A stretch of DNA of 52,031 bases from Bradymonadia bacterium (GCA_046290225.1 JBKAGE010000010.1:1-52031); one strand, 5' to 3'; counted from the first letter of the stretch, positions 1 through 10,375 are shown. Notes: generated by a model not told the origin, from the letters alone. A program made the numbers and translations.

Positions 1-154
1 ACCTTGTCACAGCACGGCCACCGGGCTACGACGGCGACCGCTCAAACGAGACCCCTTTTCCAGGGCTCGTTTTTGTCTAACTTTGGGGATACAAGGCAGG
101 GTGAGACGGGCTTCGGCCCTCGAGACAACTCACTTCACACTCAGGAGAAACATC

Positions 155-490
155 ATGTTCCGCACCGCCATCATCGCCCTCGCCGCCGCCTTCGTTCTGC
201 CTGCTGCTGCCAACGCTCAGAGTCGCCTCGCCACTCAAGACTCTGCCCAAATGAGTCGGGTGACCGAGCAGGTCTCAGAGGCCCAGCTCGCCTCGGAGAC
301 CATCGCCGACGCCGCCATCATGCTGAGGGATCTCGCCGATGCTGGCGAAGGCGGCGAGCCGGTGGGCAAGCGAGTGCCTACCAACGTACATATCTACCCG
401 AACGATCACATCGACGTGACCTGGAGCGATGGCACCGAGAGTACCTACTGCTACAACCAGGAGACCGGCCAGTACGTGCTGTGCAACTGA
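155..490 (+). CDS. Small secreted hypothetical protein (~111 aa)
   Basis: ATG155 follows AGGAG (143-147). Signal peptide MFRTAIIALAAAFVLPAAANA-Q; two C-terminal Cys. The TTG83 start in the ORF track is probably too long. Confidence 0.75.
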   Translation: MFRTAIIALAAAFVLPAAANAQSRLATQDSAQMSRVTEQVSEAQLASETIADAAIMLRDLADAGEGGEPVGKRVPTNVHIYPNDHIDVTWSDGTESTYCYNQETGQYVLCN

Positions 491-499
491 GGCTTGGAA

Positions 500-523
500 G
501 CCTCCGGTCAGCCGGCCGGAGGC
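500..523 (+). terminator. GC-rich stem-loop after the stop codon (terminator or mRNA stabiliser)
   Basis: GCCTCCGGTC-AGCC-GGCCGGAGGC: 10-bp stem with one G-U pair; no U-tract. Confidence 0.35.
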
Positions 524-567
524 GCTGAAGGCACCCTGGTGCTCAAAACCCGAGGAGAGAGGCAGAT

Positions 568-1197
568 ATGCGTTCGACGATCGACAGGCAGACGCGCACT
601 GATGCGTGCACATGGACCAGGGCAATGTCGCTCTGTGTATGTGCGACCATTGCCCTGACTCTTTCACCCAGCACGTCCGAAGCTGATCCGTACGCCTCGA
701 AGCGTGCCTCTCATCTGCTCGACACGAGCGTATTCGCAGATGCGGGGGGCTTTCAGGACTTCACCTTTGGCATCAAGGTTTCCCCCTTCTCGTTCACGCT
801 GGATGACATGAAAATCATCCCGCTCCAAGTGGGGTTCAGGTTCGATCCTGCCGAGAGTGACGTGAACGGTGTCACGGTGAAGAGCACCACCCTCGAGCTG
901 TCGGTGCTTGAGCTGAGAGCGGCGAACTACTGGACCATCGAGCCACTCATCTTCAGGGACTATTCCGCCGAGTCACCTGACCTGGACATCCCCGAAGACT
1001 TCAGGACAGTGGGCTCATGTGCAGGGTTTCACTCGGCGCAGTACTGGTGGCCTGTGCTCAAGGTGTGTCACGAGTGGGTGCTCGTGCAGAGAGACGGCTC
1101 GAACACTGTTCAAAAATACTCCAACATGTACAACAGCATCGGGAGTGGCGCCGCCTCGGTGAGGCTTGAGTTCCCGTTCCCCAACTTCCTCGACTGA
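568..1197 (+). CDS. Hypothetical, probably exported protein
   Basis: 209-aa ORF with GGAG/GAGG upstream and a hydrophobic signal-like segment (LCVCATIALTLSPSTSEA). The true start may lie downstream. Confidence 0.6.
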   Translation: MRSTIDRQTRTDACTWTRAMSLCVCATIALTLSPSTSEADPYASKRASHLLDTSVFADAGGFQDFTFGIKVSPFSFTLDDMKIIPLQVGFRFDPAESDVNGVTVKSTTLELSVLELRAANYWTIEPLIFRDYSAESPDLDIPEDFRTVGSCAGFHSAQYWWPVLKVCHEWVLVQRDGSNTVQKYSNMYNSIGSGAASVRLEFPFPNFLD

Positions 1198-1263
1198 TCG
1201 TGTGTGTTCGACCTGTGCGTGCAGTGCGGTCAAGTCGAACGTACATCGAAGAGTTGGCTACAC

Positions 1264-3966
1264 CTACTCCACAGATTGGCGAGCGCTCGCTCGATCAATG
1301 AACTGACCTGCGGCGTGCTCGACAGTGACCACGCCGTGGGCGGGGATTTGCACCCGATACACCCAGAAAAGGTCGTCACGTAGCTGGCCAGCCTGCGTCA
1401 CTGGCAGGCCAAAGATGTGACCCATGGTGGGATCACCTTCTACGTCGACATCATCAGTGATGACCCAAACATCGTTCCCGTCGAGGATCAGATCGCCGCT
1501 GCTCGTGGCCACGATCTCTGTGGCCCCATCAGAGCCGAGATTGGTCTCCACGCGCAGCTCGATCTCAACGGGCTCTCCCCGAAGGTTGTAGATCACCTCG
1601 GTGAAGGCGCAGCCTTGCCCTGGCGACGCCACCCTCAGTCGCCGCGCCACCCAGACATCTCCTGTCGCCATGGGCACTGGACCAAGGCTCACCTGTTGTC
1701 GCTGCGCATCGAGCGCCACAGCCCCTTGCTCAGGGAACGCTTCGCCTTCGACGACGAGCACCAGCCCCCCGTCATAGGCATCTTGAGTGCCATTGTTGAT
1801 GCTGCCTTGAGCGGTGACATCCCAAAGGAACTCTGCACCATCAGTGAGCTCGACGGGCACGCCGACGAGAGGCAGATCGTCCTGGGCGCTCAAGGGGTTG
1901 GTCTGATCGAGGTGTACTTCCTCGAAGTCGGTGCGACCCCCGAAATCACTGTCAGGCTCCAACACATCGGTGCCCAGCTGTACTTCGACGCTGTCGTTCA
2001 AGCCATCGAGATCAGAGTCGGTATTGAGCGGGTCTGCGCCCATGCGCACCTCCTCGGCATCTTCGAGGCCGTCGGCGTCAGAGTCATCATTGTTGACATC
2101 AGTCCCAAGGGCCAGCTCTTCCAGATTGCTCAGACCATCTGCGTCCGCATCTGCTGCCCCATCAGGCGTGAGCGGATCGAGCCCCGCCTGCACCTCGAAG
2201 CCGTCAGGCATGCCGTCTCCGTCAGAGTCTCCGTCTTCAGGATCGGTGCCCAGCATGCGCTCCACGTCATCCGCGAGCCCGTCGAGATCTGAGTCGATCT
2301 GCAGAGCGAAGTTCACCACCTGCCGCTGGTCCTCTGGCGTCAGGCTACGCAGGCCTCGGGGACCTTCAAGGCTTGGTATCTCATCGACCCAACGCCCCTC
2401 AAGTGCCCTGCTCTGGCCCTGTCGTGCGAAGTGCAACACGATCACCCGCGACTCTGCAGGCACCTCGACCTCGTAGCGCACCTCGATGTCGTCGCCATCG
2501 AGGGCCCACTGGCCAGCCACCCCCCCCTCGCCCCAGCCCAGATGGAGCAGCGTCGGGTCAGAGCCAGTGGGATCGGCGTCATCGGTGAGCAGCCATCGAT
2601 CGGCCTCAGTGAGTGTGCCCAAGGGCCGCTCGCTCGTACGGATCAACTCCGTGTTGTCGTCAGAGCCGAGGTTGCCGAACACCCTCACCTGCACACCTCG
2701 AGGCCTCGGTCCGGGGTTGTCGAGGATCTCCATGTAGCGGACGAAATCATCATCCTCAGGCACATAGATCGACCGGCTCACTTCGAGACCAGCCATAGGC
2801 GTCGGCCCCAAGAGCAGCTGCCGCCGACTGCCGTCGAAGCGAGGCCCATCAAGGGGTGGAAACAGGGCCCCGCCCACGCTGAGTCGGAATGCGTTGTCAA
2901 AGGCATCTCGAGTGCCGTCTCCGATGGCGCCTCCGGGCTGTACATCCCACCGAAACCCGCCTCCGTCGGTCCAGATGAACGGCAGCGTCACCGGGCCGAG
3001 ATCGTCATCAGGGTTCAGAGGGTCTGTGCCTTCGGCGAGCTCGTCTCCGTCACCCTGCCCACCGCCGTCGGAATCGGCGAGCAGGGGGCTGGTGAACACC
3101 TCGTCGACCTCTTCTCCGTCGAGCAACCCGTCGCCATCCGTGTCGGCGTTCTCGGGATCTGTGCCCAGCCGAAGCTCTCTCATGTCGGTGAGGCCGTCAC
3201 CATCGCGGTCGGCGCTCGCCGGCTCGAAGCGGGTGACGGTCAAGCTCACCTGCGTGCTGTTCCCAGGTGGATCCACTGCGATGATGTCGATCGTATTCTC
3301 ACCGAGAGCCAGCGGCACAGGATCAGAAGAGAATCTCCCCGCGTCGAGCGCCACAGGCTGCCCATCGACCATGACGCTCGCGGTCTGATCGTCCACCTCG
3401 CCGAGGACGACGACGCTCTCTGCATCCACCTCTGCGCCATCAGCAGGTGACTCGACGCGCAGAGTGGGCGCCGCAGTGTCCAATACAACGATCACTTCCG
3501 TCTGGCCTCGGCGACCATCGGTGGCGACAGCCTCGGCAAAGATCGAGTTTTCGCCCTCGAGAAGTGGTACCTGCGCCGACCACTCACCACGCTCGAGGAT
3601 GGCCAGACGACCATTCACTCTCACCGCCTCGGCTGCCACGTCGACGGTGCCCTCGACCTCCACCGCCATGGTGTTCACGATCGCACCTGCGCTGGGACGC
3701 TCAATGGAGATCTGCACAGGTAGGGCTGCATCGAAGATGGCTGGGCCAACATCGGGCTCGGGCAAGGATGTATCTGACGCGGTGGCGTCCTGAAGGCCAG
3801 CATCGACGATGCCATTGTCCGGTGTGTCACCGTCTGCCGCCCCTCGCCCGGTGGTGGCATCGCCGGACATCTCGGCGTCTGAAGACTCTGACGTAGACTC
3901 GCTGCGCTCGATACAGCCAGTGCTCAGCAACGCCAGCAACGACCACCAGATGATTTTCTGCGCCAT
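1264..3966 (-). CDS. Large surface lipoprotein with Ig-like domains, Ca-binding DxDGDG (TSP3-like) repeats and a duplicated ~230-aa domain
   Basis: Start [18 protein letters not shown] (lipobox) at 3966 with GGAG upstream. Two Ig-like repeats ([10 protein letters not shown] / [10 protein letters not shown]); many DSDGDGL..E...GTDP repeats. Confidence 0.85.
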   Translation of the reverse strand: MAQKIIWWSLLALLSTGCIERSESTSESSDAEMSGDATTGRGAADGDTPDNGIVDAGLQDATASDTSLPEPDVGPAIFDAALPVQISIERPSAGAIVNTMAVEVEGTVDVAAEAVRVNGRLAILERGEWSAQVPLLEGENSIFAEAVATDGRRGQTEVIVVLDTAAPTLRVESPADGAEVDAESVVVLGEVDDQTASVMVDGQPVALDAGRFSSDPVPLALGENTIDIIAVDPPGNSTQVSLTVTRFEPASADRDGDGLTDMRELRLGTDPENADTDGDGLLDGEEVDEVFTSPLLADSDGGGQGDGDELAEGTDPLNPDDDLGPVTLPFIWTDGGGFRWDVQPGGAIGDGTRDAFDNAFRLSVGGALFPPLDGPRFDGSRRQLLLGPTPMAGLEVSRSIYVPEDDDFVRYMEILDNPGPRPRGVQVRVFGNLGSDDNTELIRTSERPLGTLTEADRWLLTDDADPTGSDPTLLHLGWGEGGVAGQWALDGDDIEVRYEVEVPAESRVIVLHFARQGQSRALEGRWVDEIPSLEGPRGLRSLTPEDQRQVVNFALQIDSDLDGLADDVERMLGTDPEDGDSDGDGMPDGFEVQAGLDPLTPDGAADADADGLSNLEELALGTDVNNDDSDADGLEDAEEVRMGADPLNTDSDLDGLNDSVEVQLGTDVLEPDSDFGGRTDFEEVHLDQTNPLSAQDDLPLVGVPVELTDGAEFLWDVTAQGSINNGTQDAYDGGLVLVVEGEAFPEQGAVALDAQRQQVSLGPVPMATGDVWVARRLRVASPGQGCAFTEVIYNLRGEPVEIELRVETNLGSDGATEIVATSSGDLILDGNDVWVITDDVDVEGDPTMGHIFGLPVTQAGQLRDDLFWVYRVQIPAHGVVTVEHAAGQFIDRASARQSVE

Positions 3967-4116
3967 CGAGATCTCCACAACTTCACCCATGGCCCAGTTA
4001 AACGTACCTGCCCTCCCCAAATCATTGGGAAACAGACATGTCTTGTAAGACACCCCCGTAAAGAAGGTAGAGCCACCTGAACATACAGCACGACGGGTTG
4101 CCTGGAGCGGTACTGC

Positions 4117-5091
4117 TCAAGTCGGTGCAGGCAGTGCTCGTGTATCGTTCTTGCGCTCGGCGACGAGCGCCTGAGCAGCCTGTGGCCATGTTCTGTGTAC
4201 GAACTCGAACCCCTCTTCGAGCAGCCGTCCAGGCACGACTCGACGGCTCTTGCGCACCAGTTCGGTGTCCGTGCGCATGCACCATGCGCCGATGGCCACC
4301 ATCCATCCCATGGCCGGCAAGCCCACAGGTGTACCCCAGGCAACTCTCAACTCTTTTGCGAAATCACGTTGAGGCAGCGGCTCCGGAGCACAGAGGTTGA
4401 TCGCCCCCGTGACCTTGGGGTGGTCGATGCACCACTGCACCGCTCTGACGAAATCATCACCGTGGATCCACGACACGAACTGTTTGCCCCCAGCGATGGC
4501 GCCGCCGAGGCCCAGACGGGTCAGGTTGACCAGTACATCGAAGACTCCGCCGCGATCAGCGCTCATCACCATGGCTGCCCGTAGAGCCACCTTGCGGGTG
4601 TGGGGCGTCTCAGCCTCGGCGAGGGTGCGCTCCCAGGCCTGGGCCACCCAGATGCTGCTGGCCCACCACGCAGGGGCATCGGGCTCCTCACCGCCGATGA
4701 TGCCCGTGGCCTCGTCGTTGGGGGCATCATGGCGATGGGCGTAGATCGTCGCCGTGCTCATCTGCAACCACACCCCTGGGGGGCGCTCGGCGATGGCGAT
4801 GGCTTCTCCGACGGCTCGGGTGCTGTTCACCCGCGAGGTCATCATCTGCTGACGGTTCTTTGCCGTGGGCCTGCAGTTCACCGTACGACCTGCGAGGTTG
4901 ATCACCACGTCAGCGCCGTCGATTTCATCGGACCATGCGCCCAGCGCTCTGCCATCCCATTCCACGCCACGGGCGCCTTCGGGGGCGTGCCCTCGACGGC
5001 TCAGCACCACCACCTCGTCGCCGCGGGCCACAAAGTGTCGGGTCAGCAGTGCGCCGAGCTGACCGCTGCCTCCAGGGATGATGATCTTCAT
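4117..5091 (-). CDS. TIGR01777/YfcH-like NAD-dependent epimerase family protein (DUF1731 C-terminus)
   Basis: MKIIIPGGSGQLG Rossmann motif, DVVINLAG, GGKQFVSWIH, C-terminal SRRVVPGRLLEEGFEF. Confidence 0.9.
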   Translation of the reverse strand: MKIIIPGGSGQLGALLTRHFVARGDEVVVLSRRGHAPEGARGVEWDGRALGAWSDEIDGADVVINLAGRTVNCRPTAKNRQQMMTSRVNSTRAVGEAIAIAERPPGVWLQMSTATIYAHRHDAPNDEATGIIGGEEPDAPAWWASSIWVAQAWERTLAEAETPHTRKVALRAAMVMSADRGGVFDVLVNLTRLGLGGAIAGGKQFVSWIHGDDFVRAVQWCIDHPKVTGAINLCAPEPLPQRDFAKELRVAWGTPVGLPAMGWMVAIGAWCMRTDTELVRKSRRVVPGRLLEEGFEFVHRTWPQAAQALVAERKNDTRALPAPT

Positions 5092-5116
5092 GATGTACTC
5101 CTGCGCTCCTTATTTA

Positions 5117-5134
5117 TGGTAAACATGTTTACCA
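5117..5134. promoter_or_regulatory. Putative TetR operator (perfect 18-bp palindrome)
   Basis: TGGTAAACATGTTTACCA is its own reverse complement and lies in the 60-bp gap between the divergent epimerase and TetR genes. Confidence 0.8.
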
Positions 5135-5151
5135 CAATCGTAAGACGCACC

Positions 5152-5871
5152 ATGAGCGATAAAGTTCTGAAGAAAGAAGACCCACCTCGTAGAAAGCGTG
5201 GGCGCCCGGAGGGCCGAACAGCTGCAGGGGCCGCCACCCGGGCCCGGCTGTTCGACGAAGCCTGTGTCATGCTCGCAGAAGTCGGATATGCCGGCATGAC
5301 CTTGCGGGCCCTCGCCGAGCGTGCAGAGCTGAGCGCAGGGGCGGTGTACAAGCACTTCCCCAACAAAGCCGCCATCGTGCTGGCGCTCTACGAAGATTTG
5401 TCTCGTCGGTTTGCCGAAGAGGTGAGCCTGCCCTCAGGGCCATGGCGCCTCCGCTTCGAAGCAGCGCTCGACAGCAGCATCAGCACCCTCGCGCCGCATC
5501 GAGACACCCTCGCGGAGCTGGTGCCGGTGCTGGTCGGAGATCGCGCTCAAGGGCTCTTTGCCGAGGGGACCGCCTTTGCCCGAGCGCGTGTGGAGGGTGT
5601 GTTCTTGGACGTCGCTCGACACGGGCGGCCGAAGCCATCGAACCCCGACGCCCTCGGCCGGGTACTCTACACCGTACATCTGGCGGTGATTTTGTTCTGG
5701 CTGCTCGATCGCAGCCCCGCCCAGAGAGCCACTGACGAGCTGAGAGCGTTGCTCGCCCAGGCTCTGCCACCGGCTGCACTCGCCCTGCGTGTACCGGGCG
5801 CCAGCCGAGTGCTCAGCCGGCTCTCTCGGCTCATCGAAGAGGGGCTCCTGGGACTCTCAGGGACGCCCTGA
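5152..5871 (+). CDS. TetR/AcrR family transcriptional regulator
   Basis: HTH motif TRARLFDEA...GYAGMTLRALAERAELSAGAVYKHFPNK; ATG5152 chosen as start within ORF 4600..5871. Confidence 0.9.
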   Translation: MSDKVLKKEDPPRRKRGRPEGRTAAGAATRARLFDEACVMLAEVGYAGMTLRALAERAELSAGAVYKHFPNKAAIVLALYEDLSRRFAEEVSLPSGPWRLRFEAALDSSISTLAPHRDTLAELVPVLVGDRAQGLFAEGTAFARARVEGVFLDVARHGRPKPSNPDALGRVLYTVHLAVILFWLLDRSPAQRATDELRALLAQALPPAALALRVPGASRVLSRLSRLIEEGLLGLSGTP

Positions 5872-6029
5872 GGATCACAGCGTCTCAAGAGCGTTATGCG
5901 GAAGAAACTGACGGAGCAGGCGAAGAACATCGGCGAGAGGTCGAAGGAAGAAAGCACAGGCGATACCAAAGTATCGTCGAGCATTTCTGAGTTCGAGATC
6001 TCGTCGATGGGCAAGTCTGGTGTGGCAGG

Positions 6030-7034
6030 TTATTCCGTATAACGCTCTAGAACCATCATCGCAGCTTCGATGATGCTGTCGCGGCCTTGGGCCACAGCTT
6101 CGAGATCGAGGCTCATCTGCACATCAGGCTCGATGCCCTGCTCGGTGGAGTCGCCTCGCCGATCGGTGAGCCTGCGCACCGGCAAACGCATCAGCCAGCC
6201 ATTGGGCAGTTCGAACCATGCCGTGCTGCCACCGCCGCCCCCAGTGCGCTCGCCCACGAGCACAGTCTGCTCGCGCTCGGCGAAGTTGAAGGCCAGCAAG
6301 TTGGCCCCGCTGTAGGTGCGCCCGTCGACAAGCACCGCCAGTGGCCCTGTGTAGCGGCGGCCACCAGACGGTGAGACCCCCTGGAGTTCGGGATCGCTGA
6401 GCGCGTCGTGCTCAGGGCCGTTCTTGATCTCGATGCGCCACCCCGCCACCGCAGCGTCGATGAAGCGGCCCAGCCATGCATTGGCGATCTCGAGCTCCCC
6501 ACCCCCGTTGGCCCTCAGATCGAGGATCAAGCCGTCGACATCAGAGAAGCCTTCGAAGATGAGATCGATCGTCTCCGCGCTGGGCATACTCTCCAGGTGA
6601 GCGATGCGCAGATAGCCCAGATCGCCGAGGCGACCGTACTCTACAGCTCCGATCCGGGAGAACTCGAACCCCAGGATGTGCCGATGTACGAGATCTGCGT
6701 CGTACTGTGGCGCCCTCGCCTCGAACCACGCAGGCACCCACGAGACGGCAAAGGGGGTGATCACGTTGATGTGCGCATCTTCCAAGGTGGACAGCATGTC
6801 GGTGAGCACGGTGTAGAGCGCCTGCTCATCCGCGGCATCGCCGCCTGCAGACTCGAGTTGCCGGAGGCTCTCGGCCTTGACGCTCTGCCAATCGACGGAT
6901 TTGTCGGGGAACAGGGCATAGCGCGTATCGATCAGCGACCAAGCATGCTCGATCATAGCAGAAGGCGTGCTCGACGGATCTCCGCCGACGCATCCGACGA
7001 GCGCCACCATCAACCACAGCATCAACGCCCGCAT
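6030..7034 (-). CDS. S41 family peptidase lipoprotein (Tricorn C1 + protease domain)
   Basis: Lipobox LVGC; LILDLRANGGG, DGRTYSGAN (catalytic Ser), VGERTGGGGG, GIEPD. Start overlaps the upstream stop (TGATG). Confidence 0.9.
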   Translation of the reverse strand: MRALMLWLMVALVGCVGGDPSSTPSAMIEHAWSLIDTRYALFPDKSVDWQSVKAESLRQLESAGGDAADEQALYTVLTDMLSTLEDAHINVITPFAVSWVPAWFEARAPQYDADLVHRHILGFEFSRIGAVEYGRLGDLGYLRIAHLESMPSAETIDLIFEGFSDVDGLILDLRANGGGELEIANAWLGRFIDAAVAGWRIEIKNGPEHDALSDPELQGVSPSGGRRYTGPLAVLVDGRTYSGANLLAFNFAEREQTVLVGERTGGGGGSTAWFELPNGWLMRLPVRRLTDRRGDSTEQGIEPDVQMSLDLEAVAQGRDSIIEAAMMVLERYTE

Positions 7035-7840
7035 CACCACAGCCTCCAATATGCGCTCAACGTCAGAGCCAGCCCTGCATCCACAGCCTCGTGTCGCTCG
7101 GTGACGCGCCGCACCCATCCACCCACTTCGAGGCGCAGATCACCGCCTTTCGGGCGTATCCAGAGACAGGATACGTCGAAGGTGACGGCCTGTACGTTGT
7201 GGGGGGCAGCGAGGAAGAACTCTTCCCCACTGACGTCGAGCCTCTGAGTGGCGCTCGCGTAGCCGGGGCGGCCCAGGACCCCGAGCACGGGGGCTGCCGC
7301 TCGGGCCTCGAACCACAGCGCGTGGGTGCCGAGGGTCATGGGCATGCGCCCGCCGACGCCCGGCCCCAGGCTGGACAACACGAACCAGCTGTCGGTGTCC
7401 ACCAGGGTGCGAGTGCCAAAGCCTGTCTGCCAGCTGCCGCCGACAAAGAGATCTACGTGCTCTCCGTGCATCACCCTCGGCGCGTAGAACCACTTCAGAT
7501 CAAACTGACGCCATGACCAGTTGCCTTCTGCGCCCTCGATCCAGTGGGCACCCAGGCGGTCGATATTCTCCGGGTCGAATGCATCCAGGGCAAAGCCAAG
7601 CTGTAGAGACCAGCCACCATGACTCAGCGGGCTGAGCTGCTGATCGCGAAACTCGGTGTAGATGAGCGAGGGCGTGACCGCGAGGCTCTGCCAGGTCTCG
7701 GAGCCTTTATCTTCAAGCGGCTCTTCAGGGGAGGCCATGGATGGCGGCTCGGACTGTCCTCTAGCAGACGCCGGCGGCCACACAGCACCGAGCATGATCA
7801 ATGACAGGAGAAATGATGTTGAAGTCCGTACTGTTTCCAC
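7034..7840 (-). CDS. Exported, probable outer-membrane beta-barrel protein (DUF3316-like)
   Basis: Signal peptide, alternating aromatic beta-strands, C-terminal AYWRLW, motif FRDQQLSPLSHGG; coupled to the S41 gene. Confidence 0.6.
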   Translation of the reverse strand: METVRTSTSFLLSLIMLGAVWPPASARGQSEPPSMASPEEPLEDKGSETWQSLAVTPSLIYTEFRDQQLSPLSHGGWSLQLGFALDAFDPENIDRLGAHWIEGAEGNWSWRQFDLKWFYAPRVMHGEHVDLFVGGSWQTGFGTRTLVDTDSWFVLSSLGPGVGGRMPMTLGTHALWFEARAAAPVLGVLGRPGYASATQRLDVSGEEFFLAAPHNVQAVTFDVSCLWIRPKGGDLRLEVGGWVRRVTERHEAVDAGLALTLSAYWRLW

Positions 7841-7935
7841 TCTGACTCACACCGCTTTGACCATGCTCTATGCATGATCAGGCGTCGGTGTATCATACCC
7901 GCTCGCAATCGGGCCACCGACCCACCTGAGGAGGC

Positions 7936-8538
7936 GTGATGGTCGATCTTACAGCAGCGTTGAGTGACTACTCAGAGTGGTACAGGTATGCCTACCTGCC
8001 CATCTTGATGGAGGAAATGGGTTACCTCGATCTTGAGCCTGAAGAGCTCGAAGAGGAGCTCGCTCACTGGCTGCCTCCGCTGACCACTCAGGGGACGCCG
8101 ACAACCGAGCAACGCGCGCAGGTCGAGGCACAGGTTGGGGTGATCCCCGACGAATTCTGGAATTTCTAGCTCACCGTAACCCCTGGCATGTGGCACTCAG
8201 GCAACGAAGATGATCTGGCTCCGCTGGAGTGGCTCTCCCTGCCTGACGCCCTCCAAGCCCGACAGCGCTTCTTGTCGCGGATGACGCCCACGCTCCGAGC
8301 CGAGCAGCGGCGAGATGAAGCGCTCAATCTCGAGTGTTTGTTGCCCATCGCCACACGAGACGCTCAACGCAGTCACTCTGTGCTGCTCGATCTCTCAACT
8401 ACGGGATCAGGGCGCATCTTCATCTGGCACCACGATGGGCAGGCACGCTTCGGAGACCCCTTCGCCCCCTCGATCACCGCCTTCGTGAGGATGTGGCTCG
8501 CTCAGTCAATGGGGCGTGACCCTCGATCGCTGGAGTGA
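7936..8538 (+). pseudogene. SMI1/KNR4 (SUKH) family protein split by an in-frame TAG at 8167-8169
   Basis: ORFs 7936..8169 and 8188..8538 share a frame. Joined they read VEAQVGVIPDEFWNF*LTV...LLPIA...VLLDL...GRIFIWHHD...FAPSITAFV, a SMI1-like pattern. Strong GAGGAGG RBS. Confidence 0.7.
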
Positions 8539-8638
8539 TGGCCTTTGTCATGGGATACAGGGAAAGTGAACGTACCTCGACCTGCTTTCCTTCTGTGGAG
8601 GCGGTCCGTTACTCTGATGCCTCTCTCGGAGGTGGCCT

Positions 8639-9658
8639 GTGAGATTTGTCGAGTGTGCCCGTGTGGCGCTGTGCCTTGCCCTCGTCGCTGGCTGTGACGA
8701 CGGCAACGACACCACCGAACCATCCCAGATGGCGCCGGATGCCGATCTGCTCTCCCCAGCCGATCGCACACCCTCGTCGGACGAGCCAGCCCCCAATCGG
8801 GAGCCCACCCCTTATGTGCCCGACATCGACGACGAGGCGATCCCCGCAGCCCTCGAAGACGAGGCCCTCGCCGATGCCCTGACCGAGTACGTGCCTGCGG
8901 TGCTCACCCTCGATCTGTCATCTGTGCCAGAGCGTCTCGCAGGCTTGATCGATCTCACGGCCCCCGAGTGCCCAGGCGGTCAGCAATACGAGACCGAAGA
9001 GGGCTATGTCATCGTCGCCGAAAACGAGTGCACCCACAGCTCCGGGGTGCGGTTCGAAGGCTACCTGCGCCTGGCCATGCTCGATTACACCGGCGACGAA
9101 GGTCAGAGGGTGACGGGCTTCAACATCGAGAGCGGCTCGGTGCGCATCGACACGCCAGACGGCCGCAGCTTCGAGGCGGGGGGCTACCTCGACGTGCGCC
9201 ACGAGCGACAGAGTGACGGAGAGGTCTGGGGCACTTACACCCAGGGCTCGGTGCGCTTCGACGACGAGACCGCCGGTGACAACCTCTGGCTCAGCGGGGC
9301 CATGAGCGGCCGCATCGAACGCTACATCTACCGCCACGAGAGCGGAGAGATGGTCATGGGGGCCTCGGTGGCCACAGCCATCGAGGTCGGCCCTGATGGA
9401 GGTGCCATCAGCGCGATCTCCATCGACGATCTTGAGCTCAACACCTGGCTCTGCGCCGAGGAGCCCATCGGCACGCTCTCTGTTCGAGAGGCTGAAGGGG
9501 TGTGGCACGACGTACACTATGACGGCTTCGACCCTGAAGAAGAGGCGCCCCTCGCCTGTGATGGCTGTGGCCGGCACCTCGTCGGTGGCATGTCGGACGA
9601 TCAACTGTGTGAAGGTGAGCAGTGGCTGCAGGCGATCAGGGCGAGCCTGCCAGAGTAA
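8639..9658 (+). CDS. Hypothetical acidic lipoprotein
   Basis: GTG start with GGAGG; lipobox LVAGC; several paired Cys. Confidence 0.8.
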   Translation: MRFVECARVALCLALVAGCDDGNDTTEPSQMAPDADLLSPADRTPSSDEPAPNREPTPYVPDIDDEAIPAALEDEALADALTEYVPAVLTLDLSSVPERLAGLIDLTAPECPGGQQYETEEGYVIVAENECTHSSGVRFEGYLRLAMLDYTGDEGQRVTGFNIESGSVRIDTPDGRSFEAGGYLDVRHERQSDGEVWGTYTQGSVRFDDETAGDNLWLSGAMSGRIERYIYRHESGEMVMGASVATAIEVGPDGGAISAISIDDLELNTWLCAEEPIGTLSVREAEGVWHDVHYDGFDPEEEAPLACDGCGRHLVGGMSDDQLCEGEQWLQAIRASLPE

Positions 9659-9691
9659 GCCAACCGCTGGATGACAGTCGGTACACGTGCG

Positions 9692-10375
9692 TCACTGCCC
9701 GGCGGGTCCCATGAAGATTTCGATGGGCATCAAGTAGCTGTACAGCTCGTCGAAGACCTCAGCAGGCTGGGCGTACACGAAGCCCTGCGCCAACCCGTCG
9801 CAATGCTCGCTGAGGCCACCGAGGGTGATCGAGTAGACGCGGGGCTCGAACTCGAACTCGATGAACGATTCTGCTGCGCGGCTCTCGACGTCGAGCCCCG
9901 AGGCAACCAGGCCTGCCTCCAATGTGCACGCCTTCACGGTCATCTCTTTGTCCCGATACACGTCAGTGTCTCTGAACACACCGGCGAGTACCTCGTTCTC
10001 GAAACGACTGTTCGGACAGTTCGAAGAGAACGACGCGCCGTCCTCTTCTGCATCGAGGAAGATGCGATGTGGCCCCTCGCTTCTCAAGCTCAACAAGGTG
10101 ATCTTGTCAGCTGAGGCGTTGATCTCCCCGATCAAGAAGCGCTGGCCTTCTTCGAAATTGATCTCCCGTGCGCCCAGACTGATCTCCGCCGTGTGATCCT
10201 GCGTGAAGGTGGCGACACATTGGGATGACCACGTGTCCGTCACTTCCCCGAGAGAGAAGCCTCCACCCCCAGAACCACCTCCAGAGTCGTCGTCGCCACC
10301 ACACGCCACCATCTGAGTGGCGATCAGCATGCCCAAAACCCAGGTGCTCTTCTTCTGGCTCATGTGCTTGTACAT
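9692..10375 (-). CDS. Hypothetical lipoprotein
   Basis: MYKHMSQKKSTWVLGMLIATQMVAC-GGDDDSGGG lipoprotein signal; GGAG upstream of ATG10375 (alternative start 10363). Confidence 0.75.
   Translation of the reverse strand: MYKHMSQKKSTWVLGMLIATQMVACGGDDDSGGGSGGGGFSLGEVTDTWSSQCVATFTQDHTAEISLGAREINFEEGQRFLIGEINASADKITLLSLRSEGPHRIFLDAEEDGASFSSNCPNSRFENEVLAGVFRDTDVYRDKEMTVKACTLEAGLVASGLDVESRAAESFIEFEFEPRVYSITLGGLSEHCDGLAQGFVYAQPAEVFDELYSYLMPIEIFMGPAGQ

Noticed and set aside
5896..6042. 48-codon plus-strand ORF (MRKKLTEQAK...) in the TetR-S41 gap
   Set aside because: No RBS, no recognisable motif, and it overlaps the S41 stop; cannot be supported.
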